DNA of 31,155 bases from a virus (taxonomy: Duplodnaviria > Heunggongvirae > Uroviricota > Caudoviricetes). The stretch is taken from the IMG/VR virus record IMGVR_UViG_3300029473_000204; one strand, 5' to 3'. Position numbers and translations under genes: made by a program. Under the pieces are notes generated by a model. The model ran no database searches and was not told where the DNA came from. It was given only the letters and a program-made list of their open reading frames with translations. This document shows, in pieces, positions 1-8,439 of the stretch (the first letter of the stretch is position 1; every line of letters starts with the position of its first letter).

Positions 1-996
1 TTATGGACGCATTATGGACATTCCTGACACCGGGTTAAGAGTCACAGCATCTTGTAAGAAATCCGGTGCAAAGTGTGCGTAGGTCATAGTTTGCTGAATG
101 TTAGAATGACCCAGGATGCGCTGCAATGTGATTATGTTACCTCCATTCATTATAAAATGTGTGGCAAATGTATGCCTCAAAACATGTACTGCTTGTCCGT
201 CAGGTAAATCGGGTTTTACTTCCCTGAGAGCGTTACGCACTTTGTAGTAACTGGCATTAAAAAGCCTGCCTGAATTTTTGGTCTTGATCCTTTTAATCAG
301 GTCCTGCGAAACGGGAATTGTCCTGCGCTTTCCGTTTTTAGTTTTCATAAACGTAACCATCTGGTTAATGATGTGTTCAGCTTTCAAATTAGACACTTCA
401 CTCCAGCGTCCACCAGTAGAAAGGCAGACCAGAGTTGCATTTAACTCATCACCATCAAGCATGGATAACAGCCGCGTAATCTCTTCACTGGACAAAAAAG
501 CCATTTCTGTAACAGCTTCACGTAACCGCTTAACCTCACGGAACGGGTTGTGAGAGTGGTATTCACCGGCGTCAATTAACTTGGTGAACATCCCGCTCAT
601 TATTGCCAGATGCCGATTTACGCTGGCTGGTTTTAGACCATCGTTCATCATTACAACTCGATAATCAGTTATCGTTTTCTTTGTTAACTGGTCAGCTCTG
701 GACACTCCCATTTCTGCAAATTTGGCGATTATTGTCGTCAAACGCCCCCGTTCAATATTTCCACGCTCATGTGATTTTCCGTGATATATCCACCATCTGC
801 CTAACAACTCTGTAAGAGTTCGGCGGTCGGCTGGCTTCTCCAGCCACTCTTTGTTGTGGTAGTTAACCAGCACATGACGTTCGAATGCTTGAGCTTCACC
901 TTTAGTTTTAAATTTCCGCCTGATACGTTTTCCATCTGCACCCTGCGGTCTGACGTCCACTTCATAACGACCATCATCGAGCTTTTTAATAGACAT
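1..996 (-). CDS. int: Tyrosine integrase (P2 Int family), 331 aa
   Basis: ORF MSIKKLDDGRYEVDVRPQ... ends LRHTFATHF...GHSNIQQTMTYAHFAPDF, the tyrosine-recombinase catalytic region (R...HxxR...Y). ATG at 994-996 on the minus strand. Position at the prophage end next to C and cox matches P2. Confidence 0.9.
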   Translation of the reverse strand: MSIKKLDDGRYEVDVRPQGADGKRIRRKFKTKGEAQAFERHVLVNYHNKEWLEKPADRRTLTELLGRWWIYHGKSHERGNIERGRLTTIIAKFAEMGVSRADQLTKKTITDYRVVMMNDGLKPASVNRHLAIMSGMFTKLIDAGEYHSHNPFREVKRLREAVTEMAFLSSEEITRLLSMLDGDELNATLVCLSTGGRWSEVSNLKAEHIINQMVTFMKTKNGKRRTIPVSQDLIKRIKTKNSGRLFNASYYKVRNALREVKPDLPDGQAVHVLRHTFATHFIMNGGNIITLQRILGHSNIQQTMTYAHFAPDFLQDAVTLNPVSGMSIMRP

Positions 997-1089
997 AAAG
1001 CCCTCCGATGACGCTGTTTACTTCTACTACTTGAAAATTAATGCAATTTTCTTTCGTACATTTACTGCACACATATGCTGAATAAATCG

Positions 1090-1401
1090 TCAGCCAGTCT
1101 TTTGGTCTGAGTGGTGCAAGGTTGTTGAGTCTTGCCCAATGTGCGCGAGCGCCGGGGCTATTTGTCCGCCAGCGGGATCAGTTTCATCAAACATGAACCA
1201 GTCACGGTACTTGCGAAATCTTTCTGGCTTGAAAAATTTCATACCTGCGTCAAAAGACATCTTTACTTTTCCCTGCTCATATCCAGCATAGGTGTTGTAG
1301 TTAATTCCAGTTAATTCAGCAACTTGCTTCCTTGTCATTCTTTCTGATTCCCGAATAAGTGCGAGTTTCTCTGCTTGAGATGTGATTTGTGTATTTGACA
1401 T
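1090..1401 (-). CDS. C: Immunity repressor C (P2 C-like HTH repressor), about 103 aa
   Basis: Translation MSNTQITSQAEKLALIRESERMTRKQVAELTGINYNTYAGYEQGK contains a helix-turn-helix. It is divergent from cox as in P2. I place the start at the internal ATG (1399-1401) rather than the upstream track start at 1449. Confidence 0.8.
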   Translation of the reverse strand: MSNTQITSQAEKLALIRESERMTRKQVAELTGINYNTYAGYEQGKVKMSFDAGMKFFKPERFRKYRDWFMFDETDPAGGQIAPALAHIGQDSTTLHHSDQKTG

Positions 1402-1505
1402 GAATTGTCGTATCTCGTAATTTATGTTGCATGCGACACACCAGAACAACGCAGAGCGGCTTCAAATAGCTCTGGTTGAATGGCACCAAAGTTGAGGATA
1501 TCAAA
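1402..1505. promoter_or_regulatory. C/cox intergenic immunity-switch region (expected Pe/Pc promoters and repressor operators)
   Basis: A roughly 100-bp AT-rich spacer between the divergent C and cox starts. By analogy with the P2 switch; promoter elements and operators were not individually mapped. Confidence 0.4.
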
Positions 1506-1862
1506 ATGAGTATTGGATCAGAAATGAATAACGATGTTGGAGAAAAAGTATCTGATCTCACAAAAAGTAAAAAATGTGACATCAAACTTGCAGCCGCACC
1601 GTCGGATTTGCTCTCGAAAGAGGGTTTTGCTCTTTACATCGGTAAGACGCCTCGCGCTGTTGCTGAAATGGCGAAAGCAGGCAAGTTACCAGCCTTTTAT
1701 ATGACGGACCCATTAAAGCCGGGCGGTCATGCTGAGTTATGGATTAATCGCCGTGAGTGGGACAAGTACGCAGCCCAGCTAGTTGATGAAGCTCCGACAG
1801 AATGGCATGACTGGAAAAATCGCATTAGTTACAGCAAATCAAGACATGGCCGTGCGGCTTAA
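1506..1862 (+). CDS. cox: Cox-like excisionase / repressor of the lysogenic promoter (Cox/Apl family)
   Basis: Segment YIGKTPRAVAEMAKAGKLPAFYMTDP...ELWINRREWD resembles P2 Cox as I recall it. GAGGA ribosome-binding site 7 nt upstream of the ATG at 1506. The longer track ORF from 1476 is probably an upstream extension. Confidence 0.7.
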   Translation: MSIGSEMNNDVGEKVSDLTKSKKCDIKLAAAPSDLLSKEGFALYIGKTPRAVAEMAKAGKLPAFYMTDPLKPGGHAELWINRREWDKYAAQLVDEAPTEWHDWKNRISYSKSRHGRAA

Positions 1863-1872
1863 GGTGGAAAGG

Positions 1873-2043
1873 ATGAACGAGCCTCGTTGTATTGCTCAGT
1901 TATTGCGTAACGAAAGCCCAAGGGCGATTGACTTCACCATTACCCACGGTAAGGGGCGTAAGGGAATCATTATCCGCACCAAAAAACAGAGTCCGTTAAA
2001 GAAGGCTCTGACCTTTCTGAAAAGCCGGAGGGTCTGGAAATGA
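1873..2043 (+). CDS. Small hypothetical early protein (position of P2 orf78)
   Basis: Short ORF with AAGGTGGAAAGG ribosome-binding site just upstream of the ATG at 1873. Its stop overlaps the B start (ATGA at 2040-2043). No recognisable motif. Confidence 0.35.
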   Translation: MNEPRCIAQLLRNESPRAIDFTITHGKGRKGIIIRTKKQSPLKKALTFLKSRRVWK

Positions 2044-2540
2044 CAGTGATGACGCTCAATCTTGTTGAAAAACAGCCAGCAGCTATGCGCCGGATAATTG
2101 GTAAGCATCTGGCCGTCCCTCGCTGGCAGGATACATGCGATTATTATAATCAGATGATGGAACGTGAACGGCTAACGGTTTGCTTCCATGCGCAGTTAAA
2201 ACAGCGTCACGCAACGATGCGTTTTGAAGAAATGAACGACGTCGAACGTGAACGACTGGTATGTGCAATTGATGAATTGCGTGGGGCATTCTCAAAACGC
2301 CGTCAGGTTGGCGCAAGTGAGTATGCATATATTAGTTTTTTAACAGTCAGTCAGCGCCGTACTTTATTTATGCATGCCGGATTGACTGAAAAAGAATTTA
2401 ACCAGCCATACTGGCGAATTAATGAAGAGTCATGTTACTGGCGTGATGCTTTATTCCGTGCGTTACGTGAATTATTCAGTCTGTTTGAGTATGCACCGAC
2501 AATTCTGACGTCGGTAAAACCAGAGCAATATCTGCATTAA
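2040..2540 (+). CDS. B: Replication protein B (P2 gpB-like, helicase-loader function), 166 aa
   Basis: 166 aa, the same length as P2 B, in the same position in the early operon upstream of A. Confidence 0.75.
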   Translation: MTVMTLNLVEKQPAAMRRIIGKHLAVPRWQDTCDYYNQMMERERLTVCFHAQLKQRHATMRFEEMNDVERERLVCAIDELRGAFSKRRQVGASEYAYISFLTVSQRRTLFMHAGLTEKEFNQPYWRINEESCYWRDALFRALRELFSLFEYAPTILTSVKPEQYLH

Positions 2541-2603
2541 GTAATTAACCAGAGTTTTTAACGCACTTAATCGTGCGGGGCTTCTTTTTGCCTGGAGAAA
2601 GTC

Positions 2604-2828
2604 ATGCATACAGTTTCTGAAAATCAGTGCGGTAAATACGCATTACTGCTGCAACAGGCCAGAACCGAAGCACAGGCCGACGCAGCGACGCGCTTTTCTT
2701 CTCATCTTGACGCCATGATTCGCCACATCACAAAGGCGGAGTTATCCCGCGTGGAGATAGTCGAGCTGCTCAGTCAGGAGTCGGAAAAATTTCACAATAT
2801 CGGATTATCTCGCGGGGAGGTGCTTTGA
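2604..2828 (+). CDS. Hypothetical early protein (P2 orf80 position)
   Basis: GGAGA ribosome-binding site before the ATG. Part of a run of four small translationally coupled ORFs between B and A, as in P2. Confidence 0.55.
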   Translation: MHTVSENQCGKYALLLQQARTEAQADAATRFSSHLDAMIRHITKAELSRVEIVELLSQESEKFHNIGLSRGEVL

Positions 2829-3130
2829 TGTCCTGTTCTCATTCAGTTGTATTACTGAATAACGCCTTAAAAATCGCTGTTATGAAAAATGGCGATTTAT
2901 CTCTTATTCAACTTGGTCTTGATAAAGAAAAACGCGAAATAACTGAGTCTGTTATCGCGATTTATCAGAACGAATTAAATCTCCTGTCTGATGTGGTCAA
3001 TTTACTTGTTAAACGCGCTGTATTTCACAAGCAAATCTCCTCCGTGGATGAACTGACGAAATTAACGACAGAAATTGCCAGCTATTGCGCTGATGAATTT
3101 AAAAAACTTAACGACAAAAGGAGCTGGTAA
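2825..3130 (+). CDS. Hypothetical early protein (P2 orf81 position)
   Basis: Start overlaps the preceding stop (ATGA). No motif recognised. Confidence 0.55.
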   Translation: MMSCSHSVVLLNNALKIAVMKNGDLSLIQLGLDKEKREITESVIAIYQNELNLLSDVVNLLVKRAVFHKQISSVDELTKLTTEIASYCADEFKKLNDKRSW

Positions 3131-3354
3131 TGCCGGACAACGTAGATTTTATTCAGGAACAACAGGCTGAATTACTGGAGCGCCAGATTAACGCGGCAAG
3201 AGTAAAACATTGCGGTGCTTCTGCGCTGGTTTGCGAAGAGTGTGACGCGCCAATACCTGCTGCCCGTCGTGCGGCTTATCCGTCAGCCACGCGTTGTGTT
3301 TCCTGTCAGTCAGTCTTTGAAGCAAAAAACAAACATTACCGGAGAATGGCATGA
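3130..3354 (+). CDS. TraR/DksA-family C4 zinc-finger protein (P2 orf82-like)
   Basis: CEECDAPIP...(17 residues)...CVSCQ gives a four-cysteine zinc finger of the DksA/TraR type, in a 74-aa protein. Confidence 0.7.
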   Translation: MPDNVDFIQEQQAELLERQINAARVKHCGASALVCEECDAPIPAARRAAYPSATRCVSCQSVFEAKNKHYRRMA

Positions 3355-3626
3355 GCATTCGTATTGAAATTGGCGAACGTTATGTCGTTACCAGTGACAG
3401 CTTTCAGTTTATTCTCCACGAGAAAAAGAGAGCGGAAAGCGGTAAAAACGCCGGTCAGGAATGGCTGGCGGTGGTTGGTTATTACCCGAAATTAAGCCAG
3501 CTCGTTTCCGGCCTGATGCATCACGATATTCTGATCGGAAGCGCAAAGTCTTTTGCTGATTTAAACGCGCAGGTTGAGCAACTCAGCAGGCGTTGTTCAG
3601 AGGCTTTTGGCTCATATGGCCGTTAA
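3351..3626 (+). CDS. Hypothetical early protein (P2 orf83 position)
   Basis: ORF coupled to the upstream gene (ATGA overlap). Its 3' end overlaps the A start. Confidence 0.5.
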   Translation: MSIRIEIGERYVVTSDSFQFILHEKKRAESGKNAGQEWLAVVGYYPKLSQLVSGLMHHDILIGSAKSFADLNAQVEQLSRRCSEAFGSYGR

Positions 3627-5739
3627 AGCCTCCGGGCGTTTTGTCCCTCCGTCAGCATTTGCTGCAGGCACCGGTAAGGCGTTTACCGGTGCTTATGCAT
3701 GGAACGCGCCACGCGAGGCCGTCGGGCGCGAAAGACCCCTTACACGTGACGAGATGCGTCAGGTGCAAGGTGTTTTATCCACGATTAACCGCCTGCCTTA
3801 CTTTTTGCGCTCGCTGTTTACTTCACGCTATGACTACATCCGGCGCAATAAAAGCCCGGTGCACGGGTTTTATTTCCTCACATCCACTTTTCAGCGTCGT
3901 TTATGGCCGCGCATTGAGCGTGTGAATCAGCGCCATGAAATGAACACCGACGCGTCGTTACTGTTTCTGGCAGAGCGTGACCACTATGCGCGCCTGCCGG
4001 GAATGAATGACAAGGAGCTGAAAAAGTTTGCTGCCCGTATCTCATCGCAGCTTTTCATGATGTATGAGGAACTCAGCGATGCCTGGGTGGATGCGCATGG
4101 CGAAAAAGAATCGCTGTTTACGGATGAGGCGCAGGCTCACCTCTATGGTCATGTTGCTGGCGCTGCACGTGCTTTCAATATTTCCCCTCTCTACTGGAAA
4201 AAATACCGTAAAGGGCTGATGACCACGAGGCAGGCATATTCTGCCATTGCCCGTCTGTTTAACGATGAGTGGTGGACTCATCAGCTTAAAGGCCAGCGTA
4301 TGCGCTGGCATGAAGCGTTACTGATAGCTGTCGGGGAGGTCAATAAAGACCGTTCTCCTTATGCCAGTAAACACGCTATTCGTGATGTGCGTGCGCGCCG
4401 CCAGGCAAATCTGGAATTTCTTAAATCGTGTGACCTTGAAAACAGGGAAACCGGCGAGCGCATCGACCTTATCAGTAAGGTGATGGGCAGTATTTCTAAT
4501 CCTGAAATTCGCCGGATGGAGCTGATGAACACCATTGCCGGTATTGAGCGTTACGCCGCCGCAGAGGGTGATGTGGGGATGTTTATCACGCTGACCGCGC
4601 CGTCAAAGTATCACCCGACACGTCAGGTCGGAAAAGGCGAAAGTAAAACCGTCCAGCTTAATCACGGCTGGAATGATGAGGCATTCAATCCAAAGGATGC
4701 GCAGCGTTATCTCTGCCGTATCTGGAGCCTGATGCGCACGGCATTCAAGGATAATGATTTACAGGTCTACGGTTTGCGTGTCGTCGAGCCACACCACGAC
4801 GGAACGCCGCACTGGCATATGATGCTTTTTTGTAATCCGCGCCAGCGTAACCAGATTATCGAAATCATGCGTCGCTATGCGCTCAAAGAGGATGGCGACG
4901 AAAGAGGAGCCGCGCGAAACCGTTTTCAGGCAAAACACCTTAATCGGGGCGGTGCTGCGGGATATATCGCGAAATACATTTCAAAAAATATCGACGGCTA
5001 TGCACTGGATGGTCAGCTCGATAACGATACCGGTAAGCCGCTTAAAGATACTGCCGCGGCTGTTACCGCATGGGCGTCAACGTGGCGCATCCCGCAATTT
5101 AAAACGGTTGGACTGCCGACAATGGGGGCTTACCGTGAACTACGCAAATTGCCTCGCGGCGTCAGTATTGCTGATGAGTTTGACGAACGCGTCGAGGCTG
5201 CTCGCGCTGCCGCAGACAGTGGTGATTTTGCGTTGTATATCAGCGCGCAGGGTGGGGCAAATGTCCCGCGCGATTGTCAGACTGTCAGGGTTGCCCGTAG
5301 CCCGTCGGATGATGTTAACGAGTACGAGGAAGAGGTCGAGAGAGTGGTCGGCATTTACGCGCCGCATCTCGGCGCGCGTCATATTCATATCACCAGAACG
5401 ACGAACTGGCGCATTGTGCCGAAAGTTCCGGTCGTTGAGCCTTTGACTTTAAAAAGCGGCATCGCCGCGCCTCGGAGTCCTGTCAATAACTGTGGAAAGC
5501 CTGCCAGCAGTGATACTTCGTTACCGGCTCCCACGCCTTCTGAACATGCCGCAGCAGTGCTTAATCTGGTAGATGACGGTGTTATCGAATGGAGTGACCC
5601 GGAGGTTGTGAGGATTCTAATGGTAGTGTTAAAAGGAGGGGAAGCATACAAAATCAACAACGAAGACGATTATCACCGCAAAGTGCCGAACAAGTCAGCT
5701 CAGTGGCTAAAACAAAGAATAAATAGAGTGGGTAACTAA
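3616..5739 (+). CDS. A: Replication initiator endonuclease A (rolling-circle, HUH-type), about 707 aa
   Basis: N-terminus MAVKASGRFVPPSAF matches the P2 A start as I recall it. GYIAKYISKNIDGY carries the active-site tyrosines and HWHMMLF the metal-binding histidines. The track ORF starts upstream at 3574, so the true start is ambiguous between 3574 and 3616. Confidence 0.85.
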   Translation: MAVKASGRFVPPSAFAAGTGKAFTGAYAWNAPREAVGRERPLTRDEMRQVQGVLSTINRLPYFLRSLFTSRYDYIRRNKSPVHGFYFLTSTFQRRLWPRIERVNQRHEMNTDASLLFLAERDHYARLPGMNDKELKKFAARISSQLFMMYEELSDAWVDAHGEKESLFTDEAQAHLYGHVAGAARAFNISPLYWKKYRKGLMTTRQAYSAIARLFNDEWWTHQLKGQRMRWHEALLIAVGEVNKDRSPYASKHAIRDVRARRQANLEFLKSCDLENRETGERIDLISKVMGSISNPEIRRMELMNTIAGIERYAAAEGDVGMFITLTAPSKYHPTRQVGKGESKTVQLNHGWNDEAFNPKDAQRYLCRIWSLMRTAFKDNDLQVYGLRVVEPHHDGTPHWHMMLFCNPRQRNQIIEIMRRYALKEDGDERGAARNRFQAKHLNRGGAAGYIAKYISKNIDGYALDGQLDNDTGKPLKDTAAAVTAWASTWRIPQFKTVGLPTMGAYRELRKLPRGVSIADEFDERVEAARAAADSGDFALYISAQGGANVPRDCQTVRVARSPSDDVNEYEEEVERVVGIYAPHLGARHIHITRTTNWRIVPKVPVVEPLTLKSGIAAPRSPVNNCGKPASSDTSLPAPTPSEHAAAVLNLVDDGVIEWSDPEVVRILMVVLKGGEAYKINNEDDYHRKVPNKSAQWLKQRINRVGN

Positions 5740-5870
5740 ACTCGCTTTGTTTTAGTTTGTGAATATATGAGACTGGACGCTGAAACCTGACGAGTAGGTT
5801 TGTGAGAATGATGATCTATTTGCATTGAGATAATATGTTAAGTTATAGGCTCTTTCTGCGTTAGTGCACT

Positions 5871-5897
5871 TCCCCCCCCAACCGTAGCAGGGGGAGG
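5871..5897. terminator. GC hairpin between convergent genes A and the defence operon (possible bidirectional terminator)
   Basis: CCCCCCCC-aaccgtagca-GGGGGAGG stem-loop in the gap between the two convergent genes. No clear T-tract, so this is weak. Confidence 0.25.
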
Positions 5898-5904
5898 TAA
5901 AGGG

Positions 5905-6759
5905 TTAAGCAAATCTTAATATTTCTTTAGGTATGGGAGTTGCACAAGCTAATCTTCGTCTTTCTAACATTAAAGGATCCTTAGTAATTTTCAAATTATT
6001 ATTGACGGATAAATGTGATTTTAAGGATGACAACCAGAGCTTAATGAACTCAAAGACATATTTACCCTTAATGGCTCTTTCGTACGGTAATTCATTGAAG
6101 AATGAAATCAATGCTTTTACATCCTCTGAGTCTTCATTTACTTCATAATCTATTAACGTAGCATTATCCTTGATTGAGATATTTTTATACTCAATATTGA
6201 TAACTGAAGATATTTTATTGTAGAATCTTGTTTTCCCGTTTGCATTATGATTTACAAATAGAGGTCGGCACAATTCTTTTGCTAACTTTTGAAATAGTTG
6301 GAAGTCGGACTCAAAATCTTTTTTGATACGCGCCAATAAATCAGACTGTGTTATATCCATTTTGAACTCGTCCTTTAAATAGCTTTTTGTAGAGGAAGAG
6401 TTAATAATATAGTTTTCAATTGAATAACATGAAAGAGTAACAATGTTATCAGAATTATGCTCAAATAGGTCAAAGTCATGATCTACAAAAAAGTAGCAAT
6501 TGCTTAATATTTCTTGATCATTATGTTGAATTGCATGCTCGTATAACTCAATTATCTGTTTTTTTCCTTTCGCCACAAGGTGGCCTGCATTAGCATACTC
6601 TGGATTGTGTTTCATCCATTCATCGTATACAGGGTAATCATCAACACCTTCAAAAACAAAAATTTTATCGAAGGATGATGTTTTAAGTAATATCTCTTGC
6701 TTTAACGGATTTCTCGAAAAAGCTTCTTTTTTCATAGTATGTAGGAGATTGTTACTCAT
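5905..6759 (-). CDS. TOPRIM-like putative nuclease effector (DUF4435/AriB-like or RloB/AbiLii-like), 284 aa
   Basis: Translation has an acidic glutamate (KIFVFEGVDD) followed about 55 residues later by a DxD motif (FFVDHDFD), the arrangement of TOPRIM catalytic residues. No cysteine or histidine clusters, which argues against an HNH fold. Start overlaps the ATPase stop by 1 nt. AT-rich. Confidence 0.6.
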   Translation of the reverse strand: MSNNLLHTMKKEAFSRNPLKQEILLKTSSFDKIFVFEGVDDYPVYDEWMKHNPEYANAGHLVAKGKKQIIELYEHAIQHNDQEILSNCYFFVDHDFDLFEHNSDNIVTLSCYSIENYIINSSSTKSYLKDEFKMDITQSDLLARIKKDFESDFQLFQKLAKELCRPLFVNHNANGKTRFYNKISSVINIEYKNISIKDNATLIDYEVNEDSEDVKALISFFNELPYERAIKGKYVFEFIKLWLSSLKSHLSVNNNLKITKDPLMLERRRLACATPIPKEILRFA

Positions 6760-8225
6760 CAGACACTACCCTTTCGTACTTTCATAGCAGTTGCATAAGG
6801 GTCTAGCTCATTGTCAAATATGAATGGTGAATGCGTTATGGCAATTATTTGCCTAACATTTTCACCCGCATTCAAATCTGGTAATATCATCCGTTGCCAC
6901 TCTATCGATAACGAAAGTTCCGGTTCATCTATTAATATTATTTTAGGGGTATTATCATTAAGATAAATCGTAGCCATTAGCGAAATTACTTGTTTCTCAC
7001 CTGAAGATAAGTCATTAAGAGAGATGCGATCTCCTGTATATGTATCTTTTACGATAACTTCTAATCTTTGAGGATCAAATTTTAGAGATTTAGAATCACC
7101 TGCTGATGAAAGATATTTATCACAAACAGCAACGAATTTCTCAATTTTTGACTCTTGCTCTTTTGTTTCTTGTATAACCGAGTTTAATTGAGTTAAAAAA
7201 TATTTCAAGTAAGTGATGTTTTTTATTTCATCTTTGTTATATAGCAATTTAAGTGAATCAATTAAAGATTTCTTTTTTGATTCAGATGCTCTTTTTTCTC
7301 GCAAATTTGTACCAGTATCCTCAACTCGATTAAGGAATCTTTCCAAATCCTCTATAGAAGGTAGTGCATTTTGTTCTTTAGCTATCCGCTCATTGTTACC
7401 ATATTTAATTAAATCCTCAAGCATTTTGGCACTTAAAGATCTATAGCCAAGGTTTGATGTCCTTTCAATTTCTAAAGTTAGACCTTTTAAAGCATCTTCG
7501 ACATCCTTTAACCCATATGAAATGCCATCACGTTGTAGTTTCATCCCTCTTTTTCTACCAAACATGCGAGGGTGAAGATTTTCTCTTTCTTCCCTAGGTG
7601 TCGTCTCAAAACTTTTTTCTACCCTTCGATATGTTGGTAGAAATATAACGTCTAAATCCCTAAGCGCTTCAGCAACCACTCTAAAATTATTATTTTTAGA
7701 GTAATGCATTTTTAAATTATGCTGTTCCTTATTCTTCATTTTATTAACTATGTTGTCTTTTAGTTCTCTTAGAAAATGATTTATATAATCCTTTGGGTAT
7801 TTTACGGTATTATATAGGTCATTGACTAAAGCATCATCATTGAATTCATTTTGCTTCGAGTCAATTAAAGTCTTCGCAAACTTGGTAATATCACGATCAT
7901 CCCAAAATGACTCATTAAGAGAAAATCTTTCATTGAGGAATGCTTTTATTTCACCAAAAGGTATTAAAGATGCTCTTTCATTTTTAATTTCAACCTCCTC
8001 ATGATCAAGAATCTTTATGAATATTGATTTAAAATCAATTCTCATAAGGTTTGTAAAATCTTGCTCGAGAAGAAGTCTTATAGCATTAAGTATGGTTGTT
8101 TTTCCTGCGCCGTTCTCGGATACGAAAACTGTTGTCTTGCCTTTCATTTTCATAGTTATATCTTTATAACCATGAACTCCTGTCATTCTAAAATATTCAA
8201 TCGGGTAATTATTACGTGTAGTCAT
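6759..8225 (-). CDS. ABC-type (AAA_15/AAA_21, OLD/SMC-like) ATPase, candidate defence sensor (AriA-like or AbiLi-like), 488 aa
   Basis: Walker A VSENGAGKTTILNAIR near the N-terminus, a long charged helical insert, then ABC signature LSSGEKQ, Walker B ILIDEPELSLS and H-loop IAITHSP near the C-terminus. AAAGGAG ribosome-binding site 6 nt upstream of the ATG at 8225. Confidence 0.7.
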   Translation of the reverse strand: MTTRNNYPIEYFRMTGVHGYKDITMKMKGKTTVFVSENGAGKTTILNAIRLLLEQDFTNLMRIDFKSIFIKILDHEEVEIKNERASLIPFGEIKAFLNERFSLNESFWDDRDITKFAKTLIDSKQNEFNDDALVNDLYNTVKYPKDYINHFLRELKDNIVNKMKNKEQHNLKMHYSKNNNFRVVAEALRDLDVIFLPTYRRVEKSFETTPREERENLHPRMFGRKRGMKLQRDGISYGLKDVEDALKGLTLEIERTSNLGYRSLSAKMLEDLIKYGNNERIAKEQNALPSIEDLERFLNRVEDTGTNLREKRASESKKKSLIDSLKLLYNKDEIKNITYLKYFLTQLNSVIQETKEQESKIEKFVAVCDKYLSSAGDSKSLKFDPQRLEVIVKDTYTGDRISLNDLSSGEKQVISLMATIYLNDNTPKIILIDEPELSLSIEWQRMILPDLNAGENVRQIIAITHSPFIFDNELDPYATAMKVRKGSV

Positions 8226-8439
8226 TATGTCTCCTTTCGTCTACATTACTAAAATCAGTTAGTCAATTTTCTTAAAAACTAAAGTAACAGAAGCTTTCGA
8301 TATATTTGAACAGCTAATTCATACAGCAAAGTCAAACTTAATTCAACTATCCATCAGGCGGTGCACGATTCGTACAGCGCAACCCACAGTTGATTCAACT
8401 CGGATTATAATAATTGCAGATATTTTTTGCGATTTCCAG

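Noticed and set aside
278-815. Plus-strand ORFs 278-553 and 603-815 antisense to int
   Set aside because: Both are fully contained within the integrase coding region on the opposite strand and have no motif or translation signals.
1316-1585. 89-aa minus-strand ORF spanning the C/cox promoter region
   Set aside because: It overlaps the start of C and the cox 5' end in another frame, which is implausible given the conserved divergent C/cox arrangement.
4877-5446. 189-aa plus-strand ORF inside gene A in another frame
   Set aside because: An alternative-frame ORF within the conserved replication initiator, with an arginine-rich, low-complexity translation typical of out-of-frame GC-rich sequence.
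8061-8252. 63-aa plus-strand ORF overlapping the 5' end of the ATPase gene
   Set aside because: Antisense to the ATPase N-terminus and its ribosome-binding site, in AT-rich DNA with a cysteine-rich low-complexity translation.
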